From: an uncultured virus (IMG/VR IMGVR_UViG_3300028228_000217)
Taxonomy: Duplodnaviria; Heunggongvirae; Uroviricota; Caudoviricetes
IMG/VR virus record: IMGVR_UViG_3300028228_000217
DNA: 64,000 nt
Reading direction: 5' to 3' (one strand)
The notes under the pieces were generated by a model, which saw only the letters and a program-made list of their open reading frames with translations, was not told the origin of the DNA and searched no databases. Below, in pieces: positions 1-10,043 of the stretch. The translations under genes were made by a program, and so were the position numbers. Position 1 is the stretch's first letter. Every line of letters begins with the position of its first letter.

Positions 1-789
1 TACTGCCAATATTGTTTTTACGATACCGAAAAATATATCCGATAGGCCACCAATTATATCACCTGTAAATAGTTTAGTAAATCCATCTATAAATGTTTCT
101 ACAATACCAATTTAACAAATGATAGTGCTTGACCAATACCTTGTAGTATTACCTTTAATCAAAAAAATCACCAATCGCCATAAATACATCTATAACAGGT
201 TGAAGTTTTACAACCAACTTTTTAATTTATCTAATGCTGGTGTTAATGTTTTTACTATCTCATCTGAATATTTGTATAATAATGTAAATCCTAATATTAT
301 TGCACCTATAGGTCCAAATCTACCAAATAATTTAAATAACATACCACTTTTTCCGAAGAATGCTGTTATAGGTGTCAACAGTTTTCCTATAGCACCTACG
401 CCTGGTAATCCTGCAAGGAAACCAGTAAACGCACTTAAACCTTTTGCCTTTTCTTCACCTTTTTCATCACCACCGCTATCACCATCACTAACAAGTCCTT
501 CATTACTTTTACTTTCTTTTGCTAACTCATTGGCGTCTTCTTTTGTTCTATTTGCTACATTTTCATCAAAAGATAACATGTCACTAAGTTTGTTAACAAC
601 CTCTTGTATACCTCTAAAAGATTTTAATTGTAAATCTCTAATTTGTTCTAGTATATCAAATTGACCTTGTGAATCTCCTCCAGCTAATGCACCGGCCCCA
701 GCAGAACCAACAAGAGCAGAACCTACAATTTTTTGTTGTTGTTCTACAACTGCTAATGCTGTAGTTTGAATTATATCTTGGTCAGCCAT
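1..789 (-). CDS. Baseplate hub / tape-measure-like protein (gp29 position), N-terminal part; frameshift near 210, runs off window
   Basis: ORF 208..789 has coiled-coil then Gly/Ala-rich amphipathic segments; lies downstream of gp26/gp51; similar coding-like sequence continues in another frame to position 1. Confidence 0.5.
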
Positions 790-803
790 TTGTTATTTAC
801 CTT

Positions 804-1067
804 TTACTTTTGTATTTTTGAAGATTTGCCGTTAACATATAGACCAAACCAGGCAGCGCCAGCACCTACAACTACAGATACAAAACCTGCTTGTGCATTG
901 TTTGGATTCTCTAACGCCATAAACCAAGTCATAGTGTTGTAGAACACTAATCCATAAAGTCCCATCATAACTCTAGGAACAGTTCTCCAGTTTGATAAAA
1001 ATTGTGGCAATTCTTCTTTAAAGAACCACCAAATAGTCTTAATTGTATTTTTAGCTTTGTCTAACAT
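804..1067 (-). CDS. Small two-TM membrane protein
   Basis: 87 aa with two hydrophobic stretches (VPRVMMGLYGLVFY; AGFVSVVVGAGAAWFGLY). Confidence 0.65.
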   Translation of the reverse strand: MLDKAKNTIKTIWWFFKEELPQFLSNWRTVPRVMMGLYGLVFYNTMTWFMALENPNNAQAGFVSVVVGAGAAWFGLYVNGKSSKIQK

Positions 1068-1195
1068 TACTTTTTCTCTCTCTCTCTTTTATCTTTTTCT
1101 TCCTTAATATATGCAATCAACAAGTTTACATATATCTCCCTTTCCCACGGTATCATACCATTTAATTCTGTTAAAGAATATTTATGATGTTGCAT
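1067..1195 (-). CDS. gp51: T4-like baseplate hub assembly catalyst gp51 (not in ORF track)
   Basis: Hand translation MQHHKYSLTELNGMIPWEREIYVNLLIAYIKEEKDKERERK resembles marine T4-like gp51; directly follows gp26; frame is open upstream to the gp26 end. Confidence 0.8.
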   Translation of the reverse strand: MQHHKYSLTELNGMIPWEREIYVNLLIAYIKEEKDKREREKK

Positions 1196-1245
1196 TAAAG
1201 CAAAATTCACTTGAAAATGGTTTTCTAGCGTGTCATGTGATAGGG

Positions 1246-1966
1246 CTATCCGAAAAAATCGGAAAGACCTGATAATGTAATTTTACTTGTTACCTTTGTT
1301 TTCGGGTTTACAACATCAATTTCATGCATTAACTTAGGCATTGTTTCATAAAATTTTTGTATCTTCTTAAATGATTTACTATCTAAACTCTCAATGAATT
1401 TATTTAACTCATCACTTGTGTAATCTTTAGCCATGTGTACAGTTTCACCTTCAAAGATTTGATAAATGCCATCTGATATAACTTTAAATAAAGTAGATGT
1501 ATCAGCACCTTTACTATAATCCTTTGTAGGGTCAACAGAATTGATTGTAGGATATTTCATCAATACACCAATTTTCTTATCTTCATTGACCATAATTTTG
1601 TTTTGATGTTCGTCATCTACTTGAACTTCAACAGTTGACAAGTCTACCTCAACATCTACATAAGTTTTTTTGTCATCTGGACATAAAACTTTCAGTTTTT
1701 GCAATTTCACCAACTGATTTAGACCTAATCTGTAAAAATACATATTCTAAATCAAATGTAGGTAATTCATTAACACTCAATTGACCAAATGTACATAAAC
1801 TTACAATCTCTTTGAGTGCTTGTACAATCTCTTTTTGTTTTTGTGACTCTAGAGCCTGTAATAAAATCTTTTCTTCTTTTACAAGAAATGGTCTAAATTT
1901 TACTGTTACATCACTTGAAGGTAATGTCAACTCATATGTCGCTGTTTCTAATATAGGCAATGCCAT
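1246..1966 (-). CDS. gp26: Baseplate hub subunit gp26 (split by frameshift near 1700)
   Basis: MALP..YELTLPS..KFRPFLVKEEKILL, DLEYVFLQIRSKSVGE and C-terminal FYETMPKL..LSGLSDFF across ORFs 1673..1966 and 1246..1743. Confidence 0.9.
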
Positions 1967-1986
1967 AATATTTTCTCCTTGTTATT

Positions 1987-2905
1987 TTAACCAAAAGGTG
2001 GAAATAATCTTCCACCCGTAACTCTACCAATTGGTAGATTTCTTTTTGCTGTTTGTAGTACATCTCTACCTGCTCTTCTTATTTCAGGAGGTAGTTTATT
2101 TAATATACCACTAAACAGACCAAAATCTTTACTTGCTTTAATTGTTGGTACATCACCAACTGACTTACCAACTGTCGCACCATTTATCTGGTCAATAGTC
2201 AAGTTAGCCCATGTTCTAAAATTTAATGTAATAGGTAAATTTGCAATTTCATTAGCTGAACCATAATCATAATCATATGTGCCTATCGTTTGAGGATAAA
2301 CTTCAAATTAATCTAACTGCATATGTAACTCTAGCGTCATCATCTTGTTTTGAATCAAACTGACCTAATTGCATAATGTCCATAGAACCAACATAGTTAT
2401 CATAATAATTCATATTATGTGACTCTATACTCATTATCTTTTCTGCCAATTTCAAAACATTCTTTGTCTTAAAACTTATCACCATAAAAGATAATTCAAT
2501 TTCACCACTATATCCATAAGCGTAAGGCATTTCTCTTTTAGGTCCATACATGATATGTGGTTTTGTCTGTACATCTCTACTAGGCATAGACACTTTATTA
2601 CACATCATATCAACATTTTCTAATGTTGTTAAACTTTCTAAATCATTATTACCTGGCGTCATGTCAAAATCATCAACAAATAAATTTGCTCTTGCTGGTG
2701 GATTAATTCTTACAATAAATCTATTTGTTCTAGCAAAGCCTTCACCTTGATTTACTTGTGCAAGAAATTTTTGTATTTGACCTGCACCACCTGGTTGTCT
2801 TTGCAATCTAGGATCCTTTACAACATCAATCAATGACCTATCTCTAGGTAAACCTAGTCTGATATCAAAATTACCTATTCGTCTGCCTCCCCTTAAAATT
2901 GCTAT
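1987..2905 (-). CDS. Baseplate tail-tube initiator, gp54-like (split by frameshifts)
   Basis: Tail-tube-fold motifs NRFIVRI, CNKVSMPS, YGPKREMPY, YYDNYVG, YAVRL-EVYP; pieces 2303..2833 and 1987..2202; position between gp2 and gp26. Confidence 0.7.
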
Positions 2906-3111
2906 GACGCTACCCTCTCTTTCAGGTTACCATCTAAATTATGGTATTTGCTTTGACCTATTCTGTTGCCGTGTTTATAGTTGTGGTTATTCTTACCACT
3001 CTTTCTATCTAATCTAGCAAAGTGTTCATTCATTCTTTGTCTTAAAGATTGAGTTGTTACACCTATATAACTTTTATCATTAACTTTATTTGTTATTTCA
3101 TATACTAACAT
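2902..3111 (-). pseudogene. Short or degenerate GIY-YIG homing endonuclease
   Basis: LVYEITNKVNDKSYIG..LRQRMNEH is a GIY-YIG N-terminus; only 69 aa; ends in a NUMOD-like SGKNNHNYKHG. Confidence 0.65.
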
Positions 3112-3668
3112 TAAAATGTCTTCCTACTTTGTGCAAAAACAGAACCCATTGAAGCACCTTTAAACTGTGCTACAGGTAGGTAAGCTGCTAATGCCATCTC
3201 ATCTACATTAACTCTCAAAAACTGAGACCTAACTTGTGAATACAAATATCTTTTGATACTTGCCTTTACATATTTATTAGACTTTACTGAGTCATATGTA
3301 GCTTGAATTTTGGTTGATTGGTCAAATTTGTTATTACTTGATAATGACTGTAATTGTTGTAAAAATGCAAATCTGGCAGGATAAGGCAGATAGTGAAAAT
3401 TAAGACCAATAAAACCGCCTTTCATTGGTTCTAATGGTAATACTAATGGGAATGTGTCGTAATAAGGCATTCTTGCCTTTGTCTTAGGGTCATAGAAGAA
3501 CATACTCATACGACCACCACTTGGTCTACCAAGTAGTTTACCTGATTTAAATAGTTGACTAGGGCTAGTTCTATCGGCGATAAGAGATACAGCGTTTCTG
3601 TACCAAGTAGCACTTTTTAGTTTATTGCCTTGTAAATCTTTTAACGGTTCAAATATATCAATTGCCAT
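3111..3668 (-). CDS. gp2: DNA end protector protein gp2
   Basis: GRMSMFFYDPKTK..PYYDTFPLV..GLNFHYLP..IKRYL motifs. Confidence 0.9.
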   Translation of the reverse strand: MAIDIFEPLKDLQGNKLKSATWYRNAVSLIADRTSPSQLFKSGKLLGRPSGGRMSMFFYDPKTKARMPYYDTFPLVLPLEPMKGGFIGLNFHYLPYPARFAFLQQLQSLSSNNKFDQSTKIQATYDSVKSNKYVKASIKRYLYSQVRSQFLRVNVDEMALAAYLPVAQFKGASMGSVFAQSRKTF

Positions 3669-3673
3669 GGTAC

Positions 3674-3681
3674 TATTTATA
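3674..3681 (-). promoter_or_regulatory. T4 late promoter TATAAATA (gp2 operon)
   Basis: Exact TATAAATA on minus strand just upstream of gp2 ATG. Confidence 0.8.
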
Positions 3682-3712
3682 AGAAAACCCCTAGCGATTT
3701 CTCGCTAGAGGC
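3682..3712 (-). terminator. Intrinsic terminator after gp32
   Basis: CTAGCGA-GAAA-TCGCTAG hairpin followed by GGGTTTTCTT on minus strand. Confidence 0.75.
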
Positions 3713-3741
3713 CAATGCTTTCAGTAAAGAGAGAGAAAGGT

Positions 3742-4635
3742 TTAGTCTTCGTCTGCCAATTTACTAAAGTAATCGAGAGTATCGTCCTCGTCACTAGCAG
3801 GCGTTGACATATTTACCTTAGGCATTTCCACAGAGGTTGTAGATGTCGATTGTGGGAGGTCGACTTCATCTACTGTTACTGTGCTTTGCGTTCCCGTAAT
3901 TACCCTATTCAGTTTCTCTTTGAGTTCGTCATAGGTCTTAAAATTACTAGGGTCTACAAATGGTTTTAGAGGGTGTTGTTTTTCCCAAACTGCTTTGATG
4001 TCGTCATCTGACTCTTTCAAAGGGGTAACACCTTCAAACTCGGATTTATCGTAGTTCCAATAGCCATCTACTTTTCTAATTTTTAGTTTAAAGTTTGCAC
4101 CTTTCCAAAAATCAAATGGGTTGATTGCTTGTTCGTCTTCAAACGCTGGTTGCATGGCTTCGGTAATCTTATCAAAGATTTTCTTACCAAACTTGTACAG
4201 TTTAACCTGTCCTTCGTTCTCAGGATGTTTGGGGTCTGATACTACATAGATGTTTGCATAGTAAGATAGTTTTCTTTTTCTCTTTCTAGCAATCTCTTTG
4301 TCGCTATCGACACCAGTATTCCACAATCTAGTATTTTCTTCACTAACAGGATCCTTTTGATTAAGGGTTGTTAATGAGTTCTCAATAAACCAACCACCTT
4401 TGTCTTGAAAGGCGTGTGTCCAAACTCTCTGCCATGGCATTTCTTCACCATCAGAAGCAGGCAAGAAACGAAGAACGGCATAACCATTACCAGTTTTATC
4501 TAGTTCAGGTTTCCATAACCTATCGTCTTGATACTTATTGCTTGATTTGGATTGTTGTGGTTCACTTGAAGCTTCAAGTGCTTTTGTGATTGCGTCAAAG
4601 TTACTTGACGACTTTTTTAGACTTTCGAAATCCAT
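3742..4635 (-). CDS. gp32: Single-stranded DNA-binding protein gp32
   Basis: DDRLWKPELDKTGNGYAVLRFLP, YKFGKKIFDKI, NYDKSEF, acidic C-terminal tail. Confidence 0.97.
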   Translation of the reverse strand: MDFESLKKSSSNFDAITKALEASSEPQQSKSSNKYQDDRLWKPELDKTGNGYAVLRFLPASDGEEMPWQRVWTHAFQDKGGWFIENSLTTLNQKDPVSEENTRLWNTGVDSDKEIARKRKRKLSYYANIYVVSDPKHPENEGQVKLYKFGKKIFDKITEAMQPAFEDEQAINPFDFWKGANFKLKIRKVDGYWNYDKSEFEGVTPLKESDDDIKAVWEKQHPLKPFVDPSNFKTYDELKEKLNRVITGTQSTVTVDEVDLPQSTSTTSVEMPKVNMSTPASDEDDTLDYFSKLADED

Positions 4636-4705
4636 ATTTTTATCTCCTGTGTATGTATTATCGTATTATTGTTTTCATGTGACCTGTATAATTCGGTCTC
4701 GTTAT

Positions 4706-4713
4706 TATTTATA
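4706..4713 (-). promoter_or_regulatory. T4 late promoter TATAAATA upstream of gp32
   Basis: Exact motif in intergenic DNA. Confidence 0.65.
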
Positions 4714-4722
4714 AGAGTTTTA

Positions 4723-5250
4723 TTACCCATTTAAATAATTCTTTACATTCTCAGGTGTTGATTCTATATAAGGGTCATCATCATCTGAGAAATTATTAAA
4801 ACCTGGTTCTTCAAACATCTTTTCGACTATGCCATCATTTACGACAGCTGCATATCTCCAAGACCTCATGCCAAAACCTTGTTTAGGTTTAGCGACCAGC
4901 ATTCCCATGTTACTCGTAAATGTACCACAACCATCTGGTATCATTTTAACATGTTTAATTTCTAAATCTCTTGACCAAGCATTCATAACAAATGCGTCAT
5001 TTACTGATACACAATATACATCATCTATACCCATATCTTTAAACTCATTATACATTCTATCATAACTTGGTAGTTCTTCACTTGAACATGTTGGTGTAAA
5101 TGCACCAGGTAGACTGAACATTACTACTCTCTTACCTTTGAAGAGGTCATCTGTTGTTACATCTTTCCATGTGCCACCTATAAAAGTACAGCCACCTTTT
5201 TCATCGCTGTCACCTTCTCTAAATTTAAATGTATGTTGTTTTATATTCAT
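4723..5250 (-). CDS. Peroxiredoxin (Prx5-type)
   Basis: LPGAFTPTCS, CVSVNDAFVMNAW and RSWRYA motifs. Confidence 0.92.
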   Translation of the reverse strand: MNIKQHTFKFREGDSDEKGGCTFIGGTWKDVTTDDLFKGKRVVMFSLPGAFTPTCSSEELPSYDRMYNEFKDMGIDDVYCVSVNDAFVMNAWSRDLEIKHVKMIPDGCGTFTSNMGMLVAKPKQGFGMRSWRYAAVVNDGIVEKMFEEPGFNNFSDDDDPYIESTPENVKNYLNG

Positions 5251-5283
5251 ATTCTATTCTCTATATTAATTTGTTTATTTTGT

Positions 5284-5320
5284 CCATAATACACTAATTA
5301 GACTAGATTGTCAAGCGTGG
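5284..5320 (-). promoter_or_regulatory. Sigma70-type promoter (TTGACA..TATTAT)
   Basis: TCCACGCTTGACAATCTAGTCTAATTAGTGTATTAT on minus strand. Confidence 0.65.
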
Positions 5321-6122
5321 AATAATCAGCATATGTAATATTTTTTCTTTTATCCCATTCAGTAATAGGACCATTCACATTATCTCTACCATCATTAAAT
5401 CTGTTAATTTTAATAAACTTCACATCTGGATTCCAATCTGCAAGTGTAGACCATTGTCTAATCCAATTCACAGCAGGTGTAGGACCATTCTCTTTAGCTG
5501 TATAATGTTTGGTACTCTTATAAAGATTGTTTATATGATTATCTGTACTATGTAAATCATGTCCTATCATATAGACTTCTTTTGGTTTCTCTCTGTGTAT
5601 TGCCACATAACCAGAACTTGGACCACAAGACCAACCATGGTCTCTTGGTGTCATAATATCTGTAAGTGATGTAGAAAAATCTGGTTTCTGTATCCACGAT
5701 ACTTTGATAGTAGAATGGTTTACATTCTGTTTTGCCTTCTCACCATTTCTCTTAATCATATCTACAATGCCTTGTAATTTAGAACCATGCATTACATATT
5801 CATCTGCTTCACCTCTGTCATTAGATACTAACACTTCTTTAAGATGTTGTTCAGCCTCTAACTTTTCCATACCACCATAAATCATAGGTTCGTATGTCAT
5901 AGAAGGCACTTTAGTCCAATCTCTAAAGAAACAAGGTATCTGTTGTGCTACACCAGCATGATATATCTCATGCATAATACCATGGTCAACACCAGTTAAA
6001 ACATCTGGCATAAAATCTCTGTATATTGCATTGCACCCATAAATGGTGCCATGTTTTCTTAATGATTCTAAATCAAAACCTTCTCGACTTTCACCATTAC
6101 CAATACAGAATACTCTACTCAT
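5298..6122 (-). CDS. Hypothetical protein with glycosyltransferase/DUF115-like Rossmann motifs
   Basis: FCIGNGESR..YGCNAIYRDF.PD, VYMIGHDL. Confidence 0.55.
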   Translation of the reverse strand: MSRVFCIGNGESREGFDLESLRKHGTIYGCNAIYRDFMPDVLTGVDHGIMHEIYHAGVAQQIPCFFRDWTKVPSMTYEPMIYGGMEKLEAEQHLKEVLVSNDRGEADEYVMHGSKLQGIVDMIKRNGEKAKQNVNHSTIKVSWIQKPDFSTSLTDIMTPRDHGWSCGPSSGYVAIHREKPKEVYMIGHDLHSTDNHINNLYKSTKHYTAKENGPTPAVNWIRQWSTLADWNPDVKFIKINRFNDGRDNVNGPITEWDKRKNITYADYSTLDNLV

Positions 6123-6430
6123 TTTATATAGTAACCTAACACACCCATTATATAGATTGCTAATGATATTGCATTAAGAACAATCAAAGCTCTGTCATGC
6201 CATAGAATACCTACAATCAACCAACCTAATACACCAATACTTGCAACCATAATATTGTATGGAAATAAATTAACAGACGCCAATATCATACCAATAATTA
6301 AAAATATACTTGCAACCCATTTAATGTACCATGATAGGTCACCTTTTGGTGTTACTTTCTTATAAACACGACTACTATTCAACTTAGCAATCTTATCATC
6401 TAATTTTTCTCTTATCGGTTTAATTATCAT
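6119..6430 (-). CDS. Small membrane protein (DUF6552-like)
   Basis: LSWYIKWVAS..GILWHDRALIVLN, three TM segments. Confidence 0.6.
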   Translation of the reverse strand: MIIKPIREKLDDKIAKLNSSRVYKKVTPKGDLSWYIKWVASIFLIIGMILASVNLFPYNIMVASIGVLGWLIVGILWHDRALIVLNAISLAIYIMGVLGYYIK

Positions 6431-7030
6431 TTACAAATACCTCTTTCATTATTAATTTCACTTGTGTTTCATTATACATCAAAAAAGGTCTGAATTTAGT
6501 GAGTGTGTGTTTAATTTTCGGCCAAACAACTTTCTCTTCAATTTCCTTATCCCATACCTTACTAAACGATAGTATTGTATCAAGAATGATGGCGGTCTGG
6601 AGGTGAATTTTTTTCTGAGCAATAGTCGTAGAATTCTAGGATGTTGTCCGCCAACCACATTAAAGCCATCATTAAAAAGAATAGACTTACTGTCAAGCTC
6701 ATTACGAATAGCCACACAATCGTTCCTGAAATGGTAATCAAAGCCATCTTTGTATTTTCTAAACTTGGTATAATTTTCAGCACCCTCATTGTTTATAACA
6801 CTCCCAATCCACTTATGACTATCAACAGCAAAATTACTAACAAAATAATCCAGTATATCTCGCTCATTATATCTTTTAGATAACTTATGAAAAAAGTATC
6901 TATCTTTCCTTTTCGTAAAACTTTCCAACTTTGCTGTAACTCTACCACCATACTTGTGATAGTCGTAGTCACTTGTGAAGTGATTTTTGACTGCCAAATA
7001 TGTTTTAAATACTTCAAATCCACCATACAT
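6420..7030 (-). CDS. gp59: Helicase loader gp59-like (frameshift near 6610)
   Basis: GFEVFKTYLAVKNHFT..YDYHKYGG..RKDRYFFHKLS; C-terminus continues in another frame after a homopolymer run. Confidence 0.8.
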
Positions 7031-7122
7031 AATTAATTATTCATCTGAACCTATACTATATGCAATATACAATCCGATTATCGTTAATATTATTCCTATA
7101 AAAAATAGACCACCTAATCCCA

Positions 7123-7593
7123 TTATAATTTATATTCAAAATTTTGTGTTACATCATTTATGTGTACCTGTTTAGCACCATTCTTAATGTGAAAATGTGT
7201 AGCCATAGGTGTTAGTGGTGATAATGTAACTAGTCTGGAACAATGATGTTTTGTACACCACTCTCCTAGTTTCTTAACTATCTCTTTACCTGCACCTCGT
7301 TTTCTTGACCATACTGTGTATGCAACAGCAACATTACCTTCTTCTACTCTGGACATATAATCCATTTCTCTAATTGTATATGGTACTTCAGGACAAAATG
7401 CAACACAAATAATTGCTTCAATTTCATCTTCATACTTTAGACCAAATATCTTACGACCATTTGTAATTCTAAAACCTAGAGTTAATTCAGGTCTAACAGG
7501 ATCCTCTGATACATCTATATCATCTAGTTCAACTAAATCTGTACCTTTGACCCATTTAAAAAAGTCACTAAGTTTATCTTTATACATTTTCAT
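7123..7593 (-). CDS. Hypothetical protein, possible GNAT-like fold
   Basis: YTVWSRKRGAG..VTLSP..FHIKNGA. Confidence 0.55.
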   Translation of the reverse strand: MKMYKDKLSDFFKWVKGTDLVELDDIDVSEDPVRPELTLGFRITNGRKIFGLKYEDEIEAIICVAFCPEVPYTIREMDYMSRVEEGNVAVAYTVWSRKRGAGKEIVKKLGEWCTKHHCSRLVTLSPLTPMATHFHIKNGAKQVHINDVTQNFEYKL

Positions 7594-8200
7594 CTAACAA
7601 ATACTTTGCACTAATTGGAAAATGGTCTTTCAAATGTTTTGTCATTTGTAATGTTATCATTCTTGTTTCTTCTTGTGAATCTTCTTTGTTTCTAAGATTA
7701 CATACACGAGCAAAGGCCATAAGACTACCTGTCCAATACCACTCTGTCATCATGTTTTGAGGCAACACCATTCTTGCCATTTCTGGTGCAACACCAGCTT
7801 TTAATAAGTTTGTATATGTTTCTTTTACATATTTAATTGTAGCAGAAATATCATACTCAATCTCAACATCACTCGAACCTTGTTTTTTATTCTCTGGTTT
7901 ACCACGCCATAAGAATGGCATGTAGAATTCTGGTTCACTATCTACATATCTCCTACTGACTTCATTCCATACCAAACCAACTTGATGTTTTACAAGTTGT
8001 CTTGCAACAAACACAGGTGCTTTAATTAGAAATTGTAGTGTGGTGTGACCAAAGGGAGACCAATGATTATGGTCTGCCAAGTATTTAATTAACTTTTCAT
8101 CTGACTGGTCAAGTACATCTTTTCTCTTGGCAAATGATACACGAGCTGCGTTTACAACTGATAAATCACCACCCATTTTGTCAATCAATTCAATGTTCAT
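7580..8200 (-). CDS. thyX: Flavin-dependent thymidylate synthase
   Basis: VNAARVSF, HWSPF, ARQLVKHQ..NEVSRRY, EMARMVLP. Confidence 0.95.
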   Translation of the reverse strand: MNIELIDKMGGDLSVVNAARVSFAKRKDVLDQSDEKLIKYLADHNHWSPFGHTTLQFLIKAPVFVARQLVKHQVGLVWNEVSRRYVDSEPEFYMPFLWRGKPENKKQGSSDVEIEYDISATIKYVKETYTNLLKAGVAPEMARMVLPQNMMTEWYWTGSLMAFARVCNLRNKEDSQEETRMITLQMTKHLKDHFPISAKYLLDENV

Positions 8201-8326
8201 TGTTTATCTCTCCATTATAATCCATTATGTAACTTAGTATAGCAAACACTACACCTAATCCTATTATACCCCACAAACCAAGTTCAACCTCAACAAAGAG
8301 AATATGATATAAGTATTCTAAACCAT

Positions 8327-8545
8327 TCATACAGGTAACTTTCCTGCCTCTGGCATTTTAAGTAGATTTGCAGTAGTACATTCTACTTGTATTTTTTCTT
8401 TTAATGATTTAGAAATAAGTCGACCAACGGTCTCAACTTCGATTTGATTCTCTTCACAATAAAGTATTATTGCGTCCATATATGTTATAGGTCTTTTATC
8501 CCTAACAACACCCTCAATTATTAAACTAAATTCTTTGCTATTCAT
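8327..8545 (-). CDS. gp33: Late transcription coactivator gp33
   Basis: FSLIIE..YMDAIILYCEEN.IEVETV..LISKSLKEKI; likely start at MNSKEF. Confidence 0.85.
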   Translation of the reverse strand: MNSKEFSLIIEGVVRDKRPITYMDAIILYCEENQIEVETVGRLISKSLKEKIQVECTTANLLKMPEAGKLPV

Positions 8546-8582
8546 ATTATATAATATATCACTTTTTTGTTTAAATGTAAAG

Positions 8583-8850
8583 CGTGGATTGTTTCTGTTT
8601 CGAAGTACAATCCACAAAACTCAAAGCAGTGATTAAGCTGCTAATGCAAAGTTATTATCGTTTGCGTTTAATTAGCATTTAAGGTTGCCACCTATTAATC
8701 TCTTACAAATTTCTCAACATCTGTCGAATCCTATATCAGCCCCATCAAAAACACTTTGCCGTTCTCTCACGATACTAGACCAAGTGTTTATGGTGGAGCT
8801 GTCCGGAACTGCCCCGGAGTCCAGTCTGTTTACCATATTTGTCGTCAACG
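8583..8850 (-). ncRNA. ssrA: Two-piece (circularly permuted) tmRNA, tag ANDNNFALAA*
   Basis: Acceptor piece ends TCCGG-GGCAGTT-CCGGA-CAGCTCC-ACCA (3' end 8791); intervening segment; coding piece starts GGGGCTGATATAGGATTCGAC (8743); tag 8665..8633; terminal hairpin GTGGATTGT/ACAATCCAC. Confidence 0.93.
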
Positions 8851-8858
8851 ACTAATTC

Positions 8859-9206
8859 TTATAAATCTGAACCACCATCAAAATTTGGATTGATGATAGT
8901 ATCAAAACTCTTATATAATATGCAAGTTTCAGAACCATCTGTTGTCTGCATAGTAGTCATTTGTTCAGTTGTACCTTGTTTTATCCAAAGTGTAATAACA
9001 AATGCAATTTCTCCATCTGATTTGGCACCTACTTTACCAAAAGATATAGTAAAAGGTATCATACCTTCTTTAGCAATAAACTCATACATGTCTATAGTTT
9101 TACCACAAATTATAGGTGCTTGTGCTGACCAAAATTTATTATGTTCATCAGCAAATGCAATGGTACTAAACATTGCCATAATTATTACTGTTATGATTTT
9201 TCGCAT
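8859..9206 (-). CDS. Hypothetical secreted protein
   Basis: N-terminal signal peptide ending AFA. Confidence 0.6.
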   Translation of the reverse strand: MRKIITVIIMAMFSTIAFADEHNKFWSAQAPIICGKTIDMYEFIAKEGMIPFTISFGKVGAKSDGEIAFVITLWIKQGTTEQMTTMQTTDGSETCILYKSFDTIINPNFDGGSDL

Positions 9207-9229
9207 TTAAGTCCCCTTATAGAGAAGGA

Positions 9230-9916
9230 CTATTTTGGTTTATTACCTGTCTTCTCTTCGTAATATTTATAAAAACCTTTGATTGCCTCTTCAAGTTTAG
9301 GTTCGTAATCAGCTTTGTCTTTTACGAATGCCTTACATGAACCATCTTCACCAGCTTGTAGAATTACAATTTGTTCAATCTTTGTACCAAATAGTTCTTC
9401 ATACATGATTGCATAGGCAGTACATTGAATATAATAATTCTCATTCCAACTATCGACTCGTTCTTTGTTGGCAGTTTTAAAGTCAATCACAGATAGTTTA
9501 CCATTGTATTCTGCAATACAATCAACTTGACCTGCAACGGTCAGTTTTTTACTATACATGATTTTTTCTAATGCATGAATGTTATCTACTTGGTCTAGGT
9601 ATGGTTTCAATAGTCGAAACATGCCTAATGGCAATACATCACGAATTGATGGTGTTTCACCTTTTAAATATTGTTCTACAAGAGTATGTGTAGCAGAACC
9701 TCTGCGAGCTGCTCTATTCATCTCCCATTTAGCTGCTTCTTCGCCAACATTCTTACGCCAAGCGATAAGACCAGGTTTTGGAATAGCACCTAATACAGTA
9801 GTAATACTTGGAAAGTGTTTATCTTCGACAGCATAAAACCTAAAACCATCAATATTTTTACCTTTGGTAGTTGGAAATTTACTCTCGTCTAGTTGTACAA
9901 AGTTTTTCTTAGTCAT
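9230..9916 (-). CDS. PD-(D/E)XK exonuclease (Cas4/RecB-like)
   Basis: PSITTVL, RGSATH, AGQVDCIAE..IDFKT, Q..AYA. Confidence 0.88.
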   Translation of the reverse strand: MTKKNFVQLDESKFPTTKGKNIDGFRFYAVEDKHFPSITTVLGAIPKPGLIAWRKNVGEEAAKWEMNRAARRGSATHTLVEQYLKGETPSIRDVLPLGMFRLLKPYLDQVDNIHALEKIMYSKKLTVAGQVDCIAEYNGKLSVIDFKTANKERVDSWNENYYIQCTAYAIMYEELFGTKIEQIVILQAGEDGSCKAFVKDKADYEPKLEEAIKGFYKYYEEKTGNKPK

Positions 9917-10043
9917 TTCAGTTCCTTTTTCATTTATATACTCATATTATATATTATATTAACACTATTGGCAAGCCTTAAATGCCTTTTTCAGCATACA
10001 TATTGTTTATTCTATCTCTTTCCGACTTAAACGGTTCTGACTC

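Noticed and set aside
8546..8617. N-terminal extension of gp33 given in the ORF track
   Set aside because: Overlaps the tmRNA 3' hairpin and a promoter; MNSKEF at 8545 is the better start
8745..8825. tRNA gene suggested by the CCA end and T-arm
   Set aside because: No anticodon arm; it is the acceptor piece of the permuted tmRNA
9230..9916. Cas4-like nuclease as evidence of a CRISPR system
   Set aside because: No repeat-spacer array or other cas genes seen; this is a common T4-like exonuclease
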